A stretch of 64,000 nt of DNA, taken from NCBI GenBank assembly GCA_002633005.1, contig NMRA01000086.1:348406-412405 (forward strand), read 5' to 3'. Positions 52,334-64,000 of this stretch are shown one piece after another. The position numbers and the translations under genes were made by a program. The stretch's first letter is position 1, and each line of letters starts with the position of its first letter. The notes under the pieces were generated by a model. That model did not search any database and had not been told where the DNA came from. It was given only the letters and a program-made list of their open reading frames with translations. This DNA comes from Phoronis australis. Its lineage: Eukaryota; Animalia; Phoronida.

Positions 52334-53683
52334 TTAAGGTGCTTCACATATGACGTAGCGTTTGCCACTGTAACAGTTGAAGTTGGACCATCTAGTGTTG
52401 TCACTGTTTCCTGGCCTGTAAAAAAAACACGCGCAGGGCCAATCGCTCCTGTCAACCGGATTACCTGGAAGAAAATGATGGCTGATTATCATATGCTCAC
52501 AACAGAAAGGAGAAGGGTGGAAGGCAACACTGACGTAGTCACGTCCTCTAATTAAACGCAGCACGAGCCATTTATGATTTTTCACGCAGTTAATAGTGCT
52601 ACATACTTTCATCATAAGGAGACAGTGAGACACTAGCCATGTGAGGGAATTAAACCATTTTCCACACGGCATTTTTGAAAAAAACAATGCTCAATTGTCA
52701 ACCCTCGTAGCGTTGGTTGAAAAATGAAAATGTCCTGATCACAACTACAGTTTTTTCTACGCAATCATTTTTGGCAGAATGTTAAACAACGCTCAGGTAT
52801 CGACCCTCTTAGCGGTGGTTAAAATGAAAACGTTCCCACAACCACGGTGATAGGAGTTCCCTTAATTAAACTATCCTTCCCACAAGCACGGTGATGGGAG
52901 TTCCCTTAATTAAACTATCCTTCCCCACTTCTCCCTCACCTCACACTCATTTTCCGTTAGATCTCTCCCTCACTCTGCTAACCTATAAATGTTCATACAC
53001 ATGTTTTCACCTTGCCCACATTGGGTGTTGTTTGTCAGTACATATCTACACAAAGTGTAACACTTACGGTTGCCCCAGTTGAAGTATGTAATTGCATTAT
53101 TCGTACCATCCCATCTCCACACCCCACTCAGTTTCGTAGCCCCTGTCCAATAGCGAGCGTTTTGTGGCACGTTGTGCAGTCGCATCAGCCAATCCAAAGC
53201 AATCACCTCCTTTGAAGTTTCCAGGCTGACCAAATGGGCCTGCTCACTCTGGCAATAGGCCCTCGCTTGATACCAAGTCATACTCACTGGGTACAATAAG
53301 TAGCAACCATGTTTCGTGCTGAGAAACCCTTTTGGACATGCAGTTTCGCCGATCTGATCGGTTCCCTTTGCTGAAATTATTTGCCCAATGATAGTTAAGT
53401 TCTGTCTCAATATACTTTGGTCGTTAGACACCTTTGTTTCCAAATTTTGTTGCTTTCTTTGCAAACTGTTTAGACTTACACGTTGCGCCCTAATTTGCTG
53501 TTGGAGACTTTTCACGACATGGGTTAGGGCCTGGAGCTTTGCGTCGACCAAGTCTTGAACAGTTTTTAACAATTCATTAGGTTGGCGACTCAAAATGCTC
53601 AGCGGGCCGTTCCCGCTCAGTTGTGCTGTAGCAAAATGCACGCACAGCCCACACAGGAAGCCAATGTTTAATATCTTTAGCAT
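52334..53683 (-). CDS. Secreted C-type lectin domain protein (signal peptide, coiled-coil neck, one CTLD; perlucin-like), 2 exons, ~248 aa
   Basis: Exon 1 53068-53683: MLKILNIGFLCGLCVHFATAQ signal-like start, heptad-rich neck, CPKGF..GCY..MTWYQARAYCQSEQAHLVSLET..YWTGA..WRW..YFNW, donor gtaagt. Exon 2 52334-52464: ccag acceptor, phase 1, ..CACFF..RWSNFNCYSGKRYVICEAP*. Confidence 0.9.
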
Positions 53684-56600
53684 TGTCAACGTCCTACATG
53701 TTCCAGTCCTCGGAAAACGCTTTCTGTCCTTAACTTGGTGACGTGAGTGATATATATCATGGATCAAAATTGCACATTTGAATTCCCACACGTAGCGTAC
53801 CACTATCTACGTGGGGGGAGTAAAATTATGATTTGAGCCGTGAAACTGAGTTATGTAATTTGTTATCTCAAGGGCAAAATCTACAAGATTTTACTAGTAG
53901 GGGAGGACACCTGCAATAATGTTCGTGTTATACATGTAGAGGCAGCACAGAGAGGCGTCTGGTAATTGGGCCGCCCTCACTAAAGTTTCTCTTCTTGAGA
54001 GGCTGTAGCATAATTTCTAACGTGGCAATAAACGTGGCAAGCTCAGACAATACCATAGGACTCTAGCCCTGGAATATCAACATCGATCACGCGCTGATGA
54101 GTTTTCGTGACATTTGTTTGCATTCGTTTGTTCCAGTGTTGGTTCTTGCTATGGAATTTACTGCTACTAAAACTTTTCGCAAATCCGCCGTTTTTCAACC
54201 CAATTGCATAACAGTCATTAGACAGCCCTTCATCAGTTTTTTGTGGTGTATGATTATACCAGAAGCAAAAGGTAAATAATTTAATTCATGCATTATGATT
54301 TCGCATACTTGACACTGGTAAATAAATTTTAATTAATTCTGAAAACCAAAACCAAGAGTGTTACCAAAATGCGGAAAATAACAGGGTGTAATAGTAACAT
54401 AAAAAAGAAGCGAACCAGAGAGGATGAATGGTGAGCAGAACTAACTTAAATCGCTTAGACTTCTACCCTATCAAGACAGCAATTTTAGAATGTGGATCTG
54501 TAACAATTACTGTGAAAAATTTAGTCAGGCATTCAACCAAAGTTACACATTTTTATATATCAATTCGACCTTTTGTGCCGCTTGATACACTTCTTCGGTA
54601 AAAATTCATTTACGGAATTATGATAAATTTATTACTCCATCTCCCTATCCGAAATTCACAGATTCTTTCTGATGGACGAAAAACAAGCAAACATCTTGTG
54701 TAAATTCCATTCCACGAGAGCACCAAAGGTCAACTCTTGTGTCACCGACTCAGATTTTGAAAACGTGTGTGTTCGTACATTCAAAATCTTTATTTCCAAT
54801 CAAATTTTGGGCCACGATTTTGTCTATGCATTTCCAAGGGGGTTTTCGTGACAAAATTCGTCAATTCTGCCCAAGCTTTTGTATTTGATTTTAGCCATTT
54901 TTAGTTGCTCTCGGGCCCAGTTTGTGGTGATTTAAATATTTTCCATCAACATACCATTGCGTATTTTACAGTCTTCGACTACGTGCAGTATGCAGCTGTA
55001 TCTCGTAAACCTCATAACGGGGCTTCATTAGTTTTTGCAAATTTGTTTCTATGGTGATGAAATCGGTCGACGTCATTTTTTTAATAATTCGACTACTGCT
55101 CGCCCCCTGGTGGCACTTTCTATAACCAGATTTCTTTATGAAATTTCATGAAATCATATCCAGGAAACGATGACACATGATTCTAACTTGTGCTGCCCCA
55201 CCAGTGACACTTTTAACATTTTGGAAACCGTTCGTATGTCTTACCAGTGCTCCCCGTCAGCTGCTGACTGTTCCTGTGCCCTTTGGTTAGAAACGTCCAT
55301 CTTGTCATTACCAGACAATTGTTGCATAGATTATACGTCATTTCAATCCGAGTCTTTTCGTTTCTTCAGGATGCTAATCGATCAGTTGATTCTACCCAAA
55401 TCTGAGGTTTGCTACTCGTTGTCACACTCGCCATAAGAGATAAAAGTGCCATCTCTTAAAAATAACGCACGCATGCATGGGTTTCAAACTTTCATTGTTA
55501 CACCTAGCAAGGTGGCTGAAGTGATCTCAATGTAAATTAATATGAAAGCCAAAATGATTCTAACAACCTTTTAACACAGTATGTAATTCATCAATATAAA
55601 CAGGTCCAAAATCAAATTAGGTATGAAGGTGTATATGCATAACCCTAAGTTACCATGGCGACTGAGTTCGATCTATAAAAGCGTTTCTCTAGAATTTAGG
55701 AAGCATGATAATCAAAAATTATGAAGCTGTGAGGGTGAATAATTCAAGTAAGCTCTACGCTTCATAATCCAAGTGATACCTGTAAACCAATTAAAAACGT
55801 ACTAAACCCCTTGTCGATTTTATCCAATCCTCGTTTTGTCAGCTGATCGTGCATCAACTGCGCCAGTCTTGAAAGATAAAAACAGGAATCAACTAAACAC
55901 TTATATTGGGTGTTGTAGTTCTAGATGAGTGGTCTTTCCTCACAGTTGCCGTGGACTTCGCCAAAAACGTAAGTCACGCTTGCTCGATCAGCAGACTTCG
56001 AAAGGAGTTTTCAAATTTCCCTCCAAACTTTTGAGGGTTATAGAGCATTATTTTGTTTCAGGGAATTGGATGGGTAAGTGGTTTGTAATATGTGTTAGTA
56101 AGCCAAAACCGGGTTTGGTCCTTTTAAGATTCTTCACATTTCGTTGCTTTGATATAATATGAAGTAGAAAGTAACAGAAAACGTGAATCAAAAACATAAA
56201 ATTTAAAATAAAATGTGTCCTGTTGTGACCATTAATCAGATCTTGAAGAAAAGTTGCTTTCAAAACAAAGTGACCATTAATCAGATCTTGAAGAAAAGTT
56301 GATTTAAAAAAAAAACGATTTTAAAGCAATGTCAGCCATATATTTAGCACAGCTCAAGGTCAATTGAATGGGCACTTTAAACTGAAATAAATAAGATTCC
56401 TTGCAATTATGGCACAAACACACCGGAAAATTTTACAAACTGCTCTCTTGTAGCAACGTGACTACAAATAGTTAAATCTTCAGTCATGATACGGTTGAAC
56501 ACGCCTTTCAGTTCTTCGTGTTGTTTATGCCGCCGGGAATGACATGAATTGTACGCACTTTTATCACTAGCAACAAGTTGCATCTACGCGATTAAATGCT

Positions 56601-58200
56601 GGTGAAAACTCTTGGATCGCATAGAAAGGTAGGTAAGGATACGTGTCCCTAAACTGTATTGTGTTATGTTTATGAAACAAAAACATTATTATAGTTTTAA
56701 GCTCGTAACCAATGCCGCTGTCGTACAAGATGACGGACGGACTCAATCAAAAATGAGTCAAAATTTGACCCATAAAAACACATTGATAATTTTGAACGCA
56801 TCTTCCGATTTTGACAACTTTTTTCGTTTTTGTATCGCAGATATCGACACCTTTCTAACGTATGATGTAGATGTTTGTCAATCTTGAAAAGTGTTTTGAC
56901 AACTTAGTGCGTCGCTCACTGTTTAGCTCCTTAAGGACGACGCCAGTTTTTGCGAAACAATATCAAAAGGTCAGTTTTAGCCGGAAATTCGAACCAATCC
57001 TTGCGTAATCCTGGCTACGCCTGTTTTGTTACACCAAATGAAGAGACTTGCTTTTAGTCTTGTGGGAGGAAACGAAGTGACGAGCAGTTTACAGATCGTC
57101 TTTTGAATTTTGAAACTAAAAGAAAAATGCTTTGACATCAGCAAAAATTCAAAATCTTTACGAGCAAACCTGAAAAATATATGGTGAACGCGTTGAATTC
57201 TGTTTCAGTGGCAGAAAATCACTTTACTGAAGTGATGCAATTTAGTCCTTTTTTCGCGTTCCAAGCCACTTTAAATAGTTGAATATCAAGTCATTTGAAA
57301 CGATGAAAGATACGACGAATGTATAGGTGTTCAAGTTCTAGCTGGGCTGTGTTGATCAAATGCTTCTCGTTTGGTCGCATGCTTACCACTGCGACTGCGC
57401 CGTTCACGGCTCTGTAACTGACTGAAATAACCGCCAAGATGATTCTAGTACACAAAAATCAAGGATTTGAAGATAACCAGTACAGATATTGCGTTACATA
57501 GCGAGTAACTGGCAGTATGCAGAGTGTGCATTTAGTCCAATAGTCTGTATTTCAGGCAATTTAGCCAGGTTTGACATCGGGAAGTCGAGGCATTGATTGG
57601 TTAGCAAATTCACCGGTAGAGGGTTCTTGTCAGAAATAATGGAAACCAGGAACTGCTTCCAGCAGATCGAATGTTTGTGTCAAATTAAAAAATCCTTTCT
57701 TAAAGAAAATGTAAATTGACCACCCCAAAATTGCGCAGGTAGGCTAATAATAAAAACACTTGGGTTGTTATTTTAACGTTAAATAGGACCCTACAAAATG
57801 GCAATATTTGGCTAATTTCCGAAAATATCTAAGAAACGGTTGATGAACCATCCACAAACTATTCCTCATGTAGTTCTCCAAAACGTTTTCGGAATTTGTT
57901 TATAAAATATTGCACTTTTGCGTGACAAAATATAGGACTAAATATTTTACTAAGAAACTGCATAAAACGGAAAGGACATTTTATACAACTGTAACAGCAC
58001 TTATATCAAATAAAATTTGGTCATAGTTTTGATACCCCATTTTGCTATCAATTTACCTTTCTTTTTGCAATGGTAGATTGGCAAAAAGTCAATCTTCATG
58101 CTTTCTGCTCTCAGAAAATACAAACTTATACTGAGTGAAAATCTACAGTCCAGTAGACATTTGGCTGAATAAGAAAACTTGTGATAAGGTCTAACATAAC

Positions 58201-58206
58201 TTTATT
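58201..58206 (-). promoter_or_regulatory. Candidate polyadenylation signal of the zinc-finger gene
   Basis: AATAAA on the minus strand ~425 nt past the stop; motif only. Confidence 0.35.
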
Positions 58207-58258
58207 CAGTATCATTCCTGGAAAAAGTTAACAATACCTAGAGGTTAATAAACAAACA

Positions 58259-58362
58259 AGCACTTTAGGCCAAAGGTCACCAAAGGAACAAACATGCACT
58301 TTAGGCCAAAGGCCACCAAACGGAACAAACATGCACTTTAGGTCAAAGGTCACCAAAGGAAC
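58259..58362 (+). repeat. ~36-bp minisatellite x3 in the probable 3' UTR of the zinc-finger gene
   Basis: GCACTTTAGGCCAAAGGTCACCAAAGGAACAAACAT repeated; a 21-bp duplication follows at ~58405-58447. Confidence 0.85.
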
Positions 58363-58630
58363 AGCCTGGGAAGCATGACAGAAGCCAAAAATGGCAACAC
58401 ACGTCTTGCTGATCTGAACACACATCTTGCCGATCTGAACACACATCAAACGACTTGCCAGAATCGTGAAGTAAAATCAGAGGACAGAGTTTATGAAAAA
58501 TATTGTTACTGCTCCGCACTGCTCTGGCAAAAGCCATAACATCTGTATGTCCTGTTGCTCCTTAAGTCTGGCTTCATCCACTGACAGTACATTTTAATTC
58601 CTCCAGCCACACAGGAGGTCCTAGTCCTGC

Positions 58631-60640
58631 TTATGACGAGTAGTTCACATGTGTTTGTCCTCCATACTGATAGTTGTACTGCCTGTATAGCACGTTGTTG
58701 GCAGCAGTTAAGAAGTCTCCAGTTTGATGACGTTGCATATGCGGTGCCTGGCCTTGTCCAACACGATGCGCCATCTGTTGCGTCTGGTGCAGAGGCACAG
58801 CCTCGTTGTTAATGCACATGTTCAACTCTGGGTTTTCAGCGTATGGGTGATCAGTGCGATTATACTGGATATAGGGTGATTCATACTGCCGTGTGTAAGG
58901 ATGGTCTATCACAGACTGATGCTTGGAAACATCGGGGACGTAGCTTGTGTAGGCATGATCTACCTTAGACTGAAGCTGGGTTGGGCTTACTGAGACTGGG
59001 ACTGAGGGAACTGATCTGGATGATCTGCTGTTGTGAGTAGGAGTGAGCGACTGTATGGGGTGCAGGAAGCTCAATGCGGATGGCAGGGAGGTGTTTGGCA
59101 TCCTGCTGCAAGGAGCCAGTGCACTTGGTGTTTCCTTAGGGAAAGTTTGGTTTGTTTGCAAACTCTGATTCTGCTCTGACGACTGACTCCATTTTACTAA
59201 GTACAGTTTGGGTTTTGCCGTGGAAGAGTCCTGAGTATTCGTCCCCTTCTGAGCCTGCCCCGACAAGTCAGACAATACACTGGGCGTTGCCGGTGGAACA
59301 TTTTCATTTGCCTTTGACATCTGACCCTTACTGAACATGTCGGGCAATTTCTCGATCACGTCTGACACTATCCGATCGATTTGCACATTTGTCTTCTTGT
59401 CTACTGGCTTTTGCCTGGTGACTAACTTGGAGAGAGTTGTCGTCTCCTCTTGTAAGTCACTCAGCACAACTGGCTCTAAGTTAGTCTGGCCATGAGCTCT
59501 CATGTGTACGCGCAGGTTATCTGTCCTCGCACTCTGCTTACCGCAGACTGGGCAAGCAAACCGCTTGCTGTTGCCGTGCACAGTTTTCATGTGCTTGGTC
59601 AGTCCTCCTTTTTCTGGAAAAGTCCGCTGGCACACAGCACACTTCCACGGCTTGAGGCCACTGTGACGCTTTGCATGAGCCTGCAGCCTCTCTTTGCTTT
59701 TGAACTCCTTGCCACAAGAGCACTTATACGGGTTGTCTGGACGATGGCAAACCTGATGGCTGTACAATGTTGCCTGCGTTTTAAATGCCTTCCCACAGGT
59801 GGTGCATTTATACATTCTTTCATCACTATGAGTCTTGAAGTGAGCTGCCATGCTACCTTTGAACATGAATGTGCGACCGCACACGTCACACATGAAGCGG
59901 TGTGCCTCAGTGTGGCGCCGCTTGTGCGTACGCATCAACGCCTCCGTCTTGAAGATCTTGTTGCACATATCACACATGTAATACTGACTTGGTTTCTCAA
60001 TGCTATGACTGAGTTCATGGTTATCAAGGCTTTTACGTGACAAGAATGTTTTGGAGCAGATTGTGCACATAAACGGCTTGTGACCAGAGTGTATGGCCAA
60101 AATATGTTTCTTCAGACTGTTCTCGTAAGGAAACACTTTTGAACAGACATTGCACTTATACCTTTGTTCGCCACTGTGAACTGCCTGGAAGTGCATATTG
60201 AGATGACTGCGTGTTAGGTAAGACTTTTCACAAACACTGCACTTGTAGGGGCGAGCGCCCGAGTGTTTCAGTTTGTGCAGTCGGTAACTGTGGCTGAAGT
60301 TGAACCCCTTACCACACATTTCACACTTATATGGCATGTCACCAGCGTGATGCATCCCCCTCCGGTGGTGATAAAGTGAACTCTCCAAAGAGAAACGCTT
60401 GCCACAAAACTCACACTCGTATCGTTCGCACTTATCGTGTCGCAACAGGTGTTTCCGTAGCAACGACCTCGACTTGCATTTCTTTGTGCAGCAGCAACAC
60501 TGGAGTTCATCTTCTTGGTGGGCAGTAACTCGGTGCCTTTTCAATTCTGTTGCTCGACTAAAGATGTCATCGCAAACAGTGCAAACAAAGGAATGCAGTC
60601 TTTTATTGTGATCTTCCATTTCTTGATTGGATGAGAAAAC
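58631..60640 (-). CDS. Zinc-finger gene terminal exon
   Basis: tttcag acceptor; open for 2010 nt to TAA; 13 full C2H2 fingers. Confidence 0.95.
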   Translation of the reverse strand, partial: VFSSNQEMEDHNKRLHSFVCTVCDDIFSRATELKRHRVTAHQEDELQCCCCTKKCKSRSLLRKHLLRHDKCERYECEFCGKRFSLESSLYHHRRGMHHAGDMPYKCEMCGKGFNFSHSYRLHKLKHSGARPYKCSVCEKSYLTRSHLNMHFQAVHSGEQRYKCNVCSKVFPYENSLKKHILAIHSGHKPFMCTICSKTFLSRKSLDNHELSHSIEKPSQYYMCDMCNKIFKTEALMRTHKRRHTEAHRFMCDVCGRTFMFKGSMAAHFKTHSDERMYKCTTCGKAFKTQATLYSHQVCHRPDNPYKCSCGKEFKSKERLQAHAKRHSGLKPWKCAVCQRTFPEKGGLTKHMKTVHGNSKRFACPVCGKQSARTDNLRVHMRAHGQTNLEPVVLSDLQEETTTLSKLVTRQKPVDKKTNVQIDRIVSDVIEKLPDMFSKGQMSKANENVPPATPSVLSDLSGQAQKGTNTQDSSTAKPKLYLVKWSQSSEQNQSLQTNQTFPKETPSALAPCSRMPNTSLPSALSFLHPIQSLTPTHNSRSSRSVPSVPVSVSPTQLQSKVDHAYTSYVPDVSKHQSVIDHPYTRQYESPYIQYNRTDHPYAENPELNMCINNEAVPLHQTQQMAHRVGQGQAPHMQRHQTGDFLTAANNVLYRQYNYQYGGQTHVNYSS

Positions 60641-63600
60641 CTGAAATGAATCAACAATCAGCTGAAACAAATTTAACAATTCAAAAAGTTAGTATCAATT
60701 CAACTATAAGCACAGATCACAAACAAGTTCATTGTTGACATTTCTAAAGCTTGAACTTGTTTGTATAATGCAAGCCAAAAGTATTCAGATAAAATGACTT
60801 CAATTCCCCATCATGACGACTAGGCAGAAGCGTCCGAATTCGTCAGAGTTGTCATCCCTCATGACCAAGCAGTGTCCTTCATGGCCTGTTTTGACTCATT
60901 GCGGTAACGAGTTTGAATTTTGCCACGGCGAATTTGGGGAAAGCGCATCAAGTTAACAAATTGGTGCGCCAGGTTTAAAACTTTGACTGGCTTGGCATTT
61001 CAGCCATCAAAGCAGAGCCTGATTTTACCAACATCAATTACAGTTCGCTTTACAGTGAGGCAGTTAAAAAATATATAACACATCATTTTTGCATTAAAAG
61101 AGTGCAAACTATTGCTAAGTAAATCTGATGAAATTCTTTTCAAAACAAAATTTCACGGAGTCAACCAGCTTGCCTAAATGACAGACTATTCTGCTTTGTC
61201 ATTCTAACCTTAAAATTTTGCATTTAAACCTGTAGCCTAAAGGAACAATTTGATATTCTTAACAAAGGTAATTTTGATTTTGACTGACATCTTAGAAGTG
61301 CCAAAACGTAGGTCACACCAGTTCAGTGTACATTTTTGAAACATATATAAATACCTCCAGTGGAGATGATAAGGCTAGAGAACAGACAACGATGACTACT
61401 GATATTGAACTCCTCTAGAAATTTGCGCGAGTTTGGAATTAGTGTTGTGGAGAACATTGCCAAGAATGAAGGGGAACTAGCAATAACGTTAGTAATGTCG
61501 CTAAGCCATCTCGTACTTAGAATTTTACCGCCCAAATAGTTATTACCAGTCATTTTTGCAGCTACCAGAATTAGTCATGACAGAAAACGATATATTGTCC
61601 CGTTGCTTTTATAGTGTACGACGTGTACTGACAATCACAATGTTACTGTTTCTGTGACTCGGAAATAATTTTGAGGAACTAGCCTGCCTACATACACACA
61701 GACCAAGGTCGACCATTGCTAAATGGTTTGAACCAAATCGAAAAAATAATTATTCAGTTGTTACGTGTACATATAATTGTGAGGCAAGTTTATTTGAAAG
61801 GTACACAATTTAACAATTTGGGATTATTAAATTTTGCAGTTCTGGGGTAAATAGAACTGATAAGTAAGATTTACAGACAGTAACAAGGCAGATACAAGCC
61901 AACATTGTAATAGTAGTTTTCAACTAACATGATGGGGAAAACCCAGGAGACCAGACAACAAAACAAGCCTAAATCGTTTGAAAATTAAACGGAAATGTTT
62001 GCTTCCAAATTTAGTTTACTTTGACAAGATGACATACAAGCTGAAAGTTGTCATTCAGGACACTTAATATTATTGTCACTGGCCGCACATGATTTACTCC
62101 GCAGGTTCAACCAAGCGAACCTGTTAAGATATCCGATTGGTTTTCAATGACTTCCGACTTATAAACAATAAAATGTCTTAGCCGATAGACTCACTTAAAT
62201 CAATGGACTGAATGAAGCGCAGTCCCTGTCAGAGCGTAAGTTATCTTTTCTTTTGTTTTAGTAGTTGACACTTGGAAAATAATAACCAAAATCTTAATGA
62301 AATAGGTAGAAGGTAAAAGCAAAAAATACAATTCAATTAGTTCTATACATGCGGCAACTGGCACAGGAAAGCATTTCATGAACAGACACTCATGAATTCC
62401 ACCATGTGACACCACGCACAGGCAACTAACTCAAGCAGATGCTCTGACATAGTGTGCATAGCAAATCAGAGGTCTTGATACTCACATAATCTAACAGCTG
62501 TTTGTCTGTGAAAGATAACTACATAGTTCCATACCGACATAAGAAGCTATACAAGGTCCTACGGAAAAACACAAAACTTTATCTTCAAACCACATATCTT
62601 TACCCACTAGGCTTTGTTGTGTTAATACCAGCAACAAAAAATTGGGATTGGATAAATCATTTTGGCATTGGGAAAGAATAGGGCGATCAATCTTCCTCAC
62701 TCAGACAGCACAGACAGCAGTCACCAGACACAAGTCTTGCATGCTTGACACCATGAGGCACATGCATGACACAATTTGTCAAATCAATCAGCTCATCATA
62801 ACTGAGCAACTGAGGTTTATGGAGAAAGACGTGGGTTCTTAAATGTAGTGCATGCTGTCAAAGTCTACGATCTGTGAGGGAAGAAGAGTGACAGTCCTGA
62901 ACATGTACACACATCAAAGAATCTGACCTGCAGACAGAGATCACAATAGGCAAGATCTTTATCATGGTCCTTTTTCATGTGACTCATGAGCTCCCCACTA
63001 GAGGTCAGCGTGACTTTGCAGTCAGGACACTGCGTCCAGTGACTTAACTCGTGCCGCTTGAGGCTCCCAGCCACAGCGAACCCCCTATTGCACACGGTAC
63101 AAACAAACGGCTTTTCCCCGTTGTGACGATGACAGTGCTCTGCGAAATGACCCATGTCATCTGTCGTGTACTCACATTTGTCGCACCTGTGTGGAGAAAA
63201 CAAACTTCTGTTTTTACACAAGATGAGAATGTTTCTTCAAAAAAGCAGAAAACAATATAAATCTCTTTGGGAGTGCCAAAGGGGGTCTGGGTCTCCCCCA
63301 GGAAAACTTTTTAAAAATAAGGCTTTAAAAACCACTTTTCCTGCAATCTGAGGTGGTATTTACCATTTTGAGTAAAAGAAAATGATACAAAAGAGAAATG
63401 TATTGATGAAGAGCAGCCAAATTTGACTAACTTCAGAACGTCACATCCTAGAAATCACTCATACGAAACTTCCTGGCGCTATGCTTTATACCAGTCAGCC
63501 ATAAATTGGGTAACATGCCCATGTCTTTAGTAACATGTAATGAAAAAGAAAGGTACACTCATAGCAAAACAACAGTTTAAATATCTGTTCCATGATGAAG

Positions 63601-64000
63601 ATAAAACCTCAAATAAGCAATAACAATTATTACTTTACACAGCTTTTGATTATAGTGATAAAAATCATTTAAGTTCTATTTTGATAACCCATCATGCAAA
63701 AAGGGAACATTATTTTCAAAAAACAATTCCTAAGTGTTTTGGATAACAATGCATAAAGGACAGTACTTGAACGTTTCATAACAATCTAATCAAAGATATG
63801 ATGTTCCAAAGTTAGCCAAATTTGGACATTTGTCTAGGGTCCTCAAAAGCCTTAATGAAACGAGAGCCCACCAGCATGGAACAGGATTTTTGTTCAACGT
63901 CTGGAAAAACTCACTGGAAATTTTGTTTCGGTGCTTTCTCTGCGTGCTCCTGGCTGTAGTGAGATTCCATCGCATCAAGGGATACTGCTGTATAGGTGCA
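58631..64000 (-). CDS. Multi-C2H2 zinc-finger protein (at least 17 complete fingers plus 1 partial), 5' end outside the window
   Basis: Exons >64000-63915 (CTYTAVSLDAMESHYSQEH..NFQ, donor gtgagt, phase 2), 63186-62928 (3 fingers, then YCDLCLQ, phase 0) and 60640-58631. One finger is completed across the intron (CDLCLQ|VFSSNQEMEDHNKRLH), followed by 13 fingers with HSGxxPY/F linkers and an S/P/Q-rich tail. Confidence 0.93.
62928..63186 (-). CDS. Zinc-finger gene internal exon
   Basis: cacag|G-CDKCEY..HNGEKPFVCTVC..CPDC..YCDLCLQ|gtcag; 259 nt. Confidence 0.9.
63915..64000 (-). CDS. Zinc-finger gene upstream exon (partial)
   Basis: Half finger C..HYSQEH in a frame not listed in the ORF track; phase-2 gtgagt donor fits the next exon. 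Confidence 0.85.

Noticed and set aside
52843-52925. 44-bp direct duplication in the lectin intron (and a 45-bp one at ~56225-56301)
   Set aside because: Ordinary local slippage duplications with no further structure.
59152-60611. Overlapping and antisense Cys/His-rich ORFs
   Set aside because: Shadows of the zinc-finger exon in other frames.
63790-63978. 62-aa ORF as an upstream zinc-finger exon
   Set aside because: Wrong frame; the finger-encoding, phase-compatible frame is 64000-63915.

Overview
Intron-rich, repeat-dense eukaryotic DNA, most likely from an invertebrate animal (taxon cannot be fixed from sequence alone), with two N-gaps. All four recognisable genes are on the minus strand. 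Two are intact tandem paralogs of selenium-binding protein 1 / methanethiol oxidase (SELENBP1-like; copy A ~5085-23659, copy B ~26365-46172). Each has 11 coding exons of identical sizes and a predicted length of 480 aa. The third is a 2-exon secreted C-type lectin (52334-53683). The fourth is the 3' part of a multi-C2H2 zinc-finger gene (58631->64000). The most striking observation is that both SELENBP1 paralogs end in a short extension with a canonical peroxisomal targeting signal (ESTSKL* and ESTAKL*), kept despite synonymous changes in most of its codons. This suggests a peroxisomal H2O2-producing methanethiol oxidase pair. The zinc-finger protein has three DHxY (HCF-1-binding-like) motifs. 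Introns and intergenic DNA hold many non-autonomous transposons: a THAP/Kolobok-like relic, foldback MITEs with clear TSDs, a head-to-tail Helitron-like array and an inverted Penelope-like relic. Most short ORFs in the supplied track are spurious. Gene models were built by eye from GT-AG sites and phase continuity, with no transcript data.
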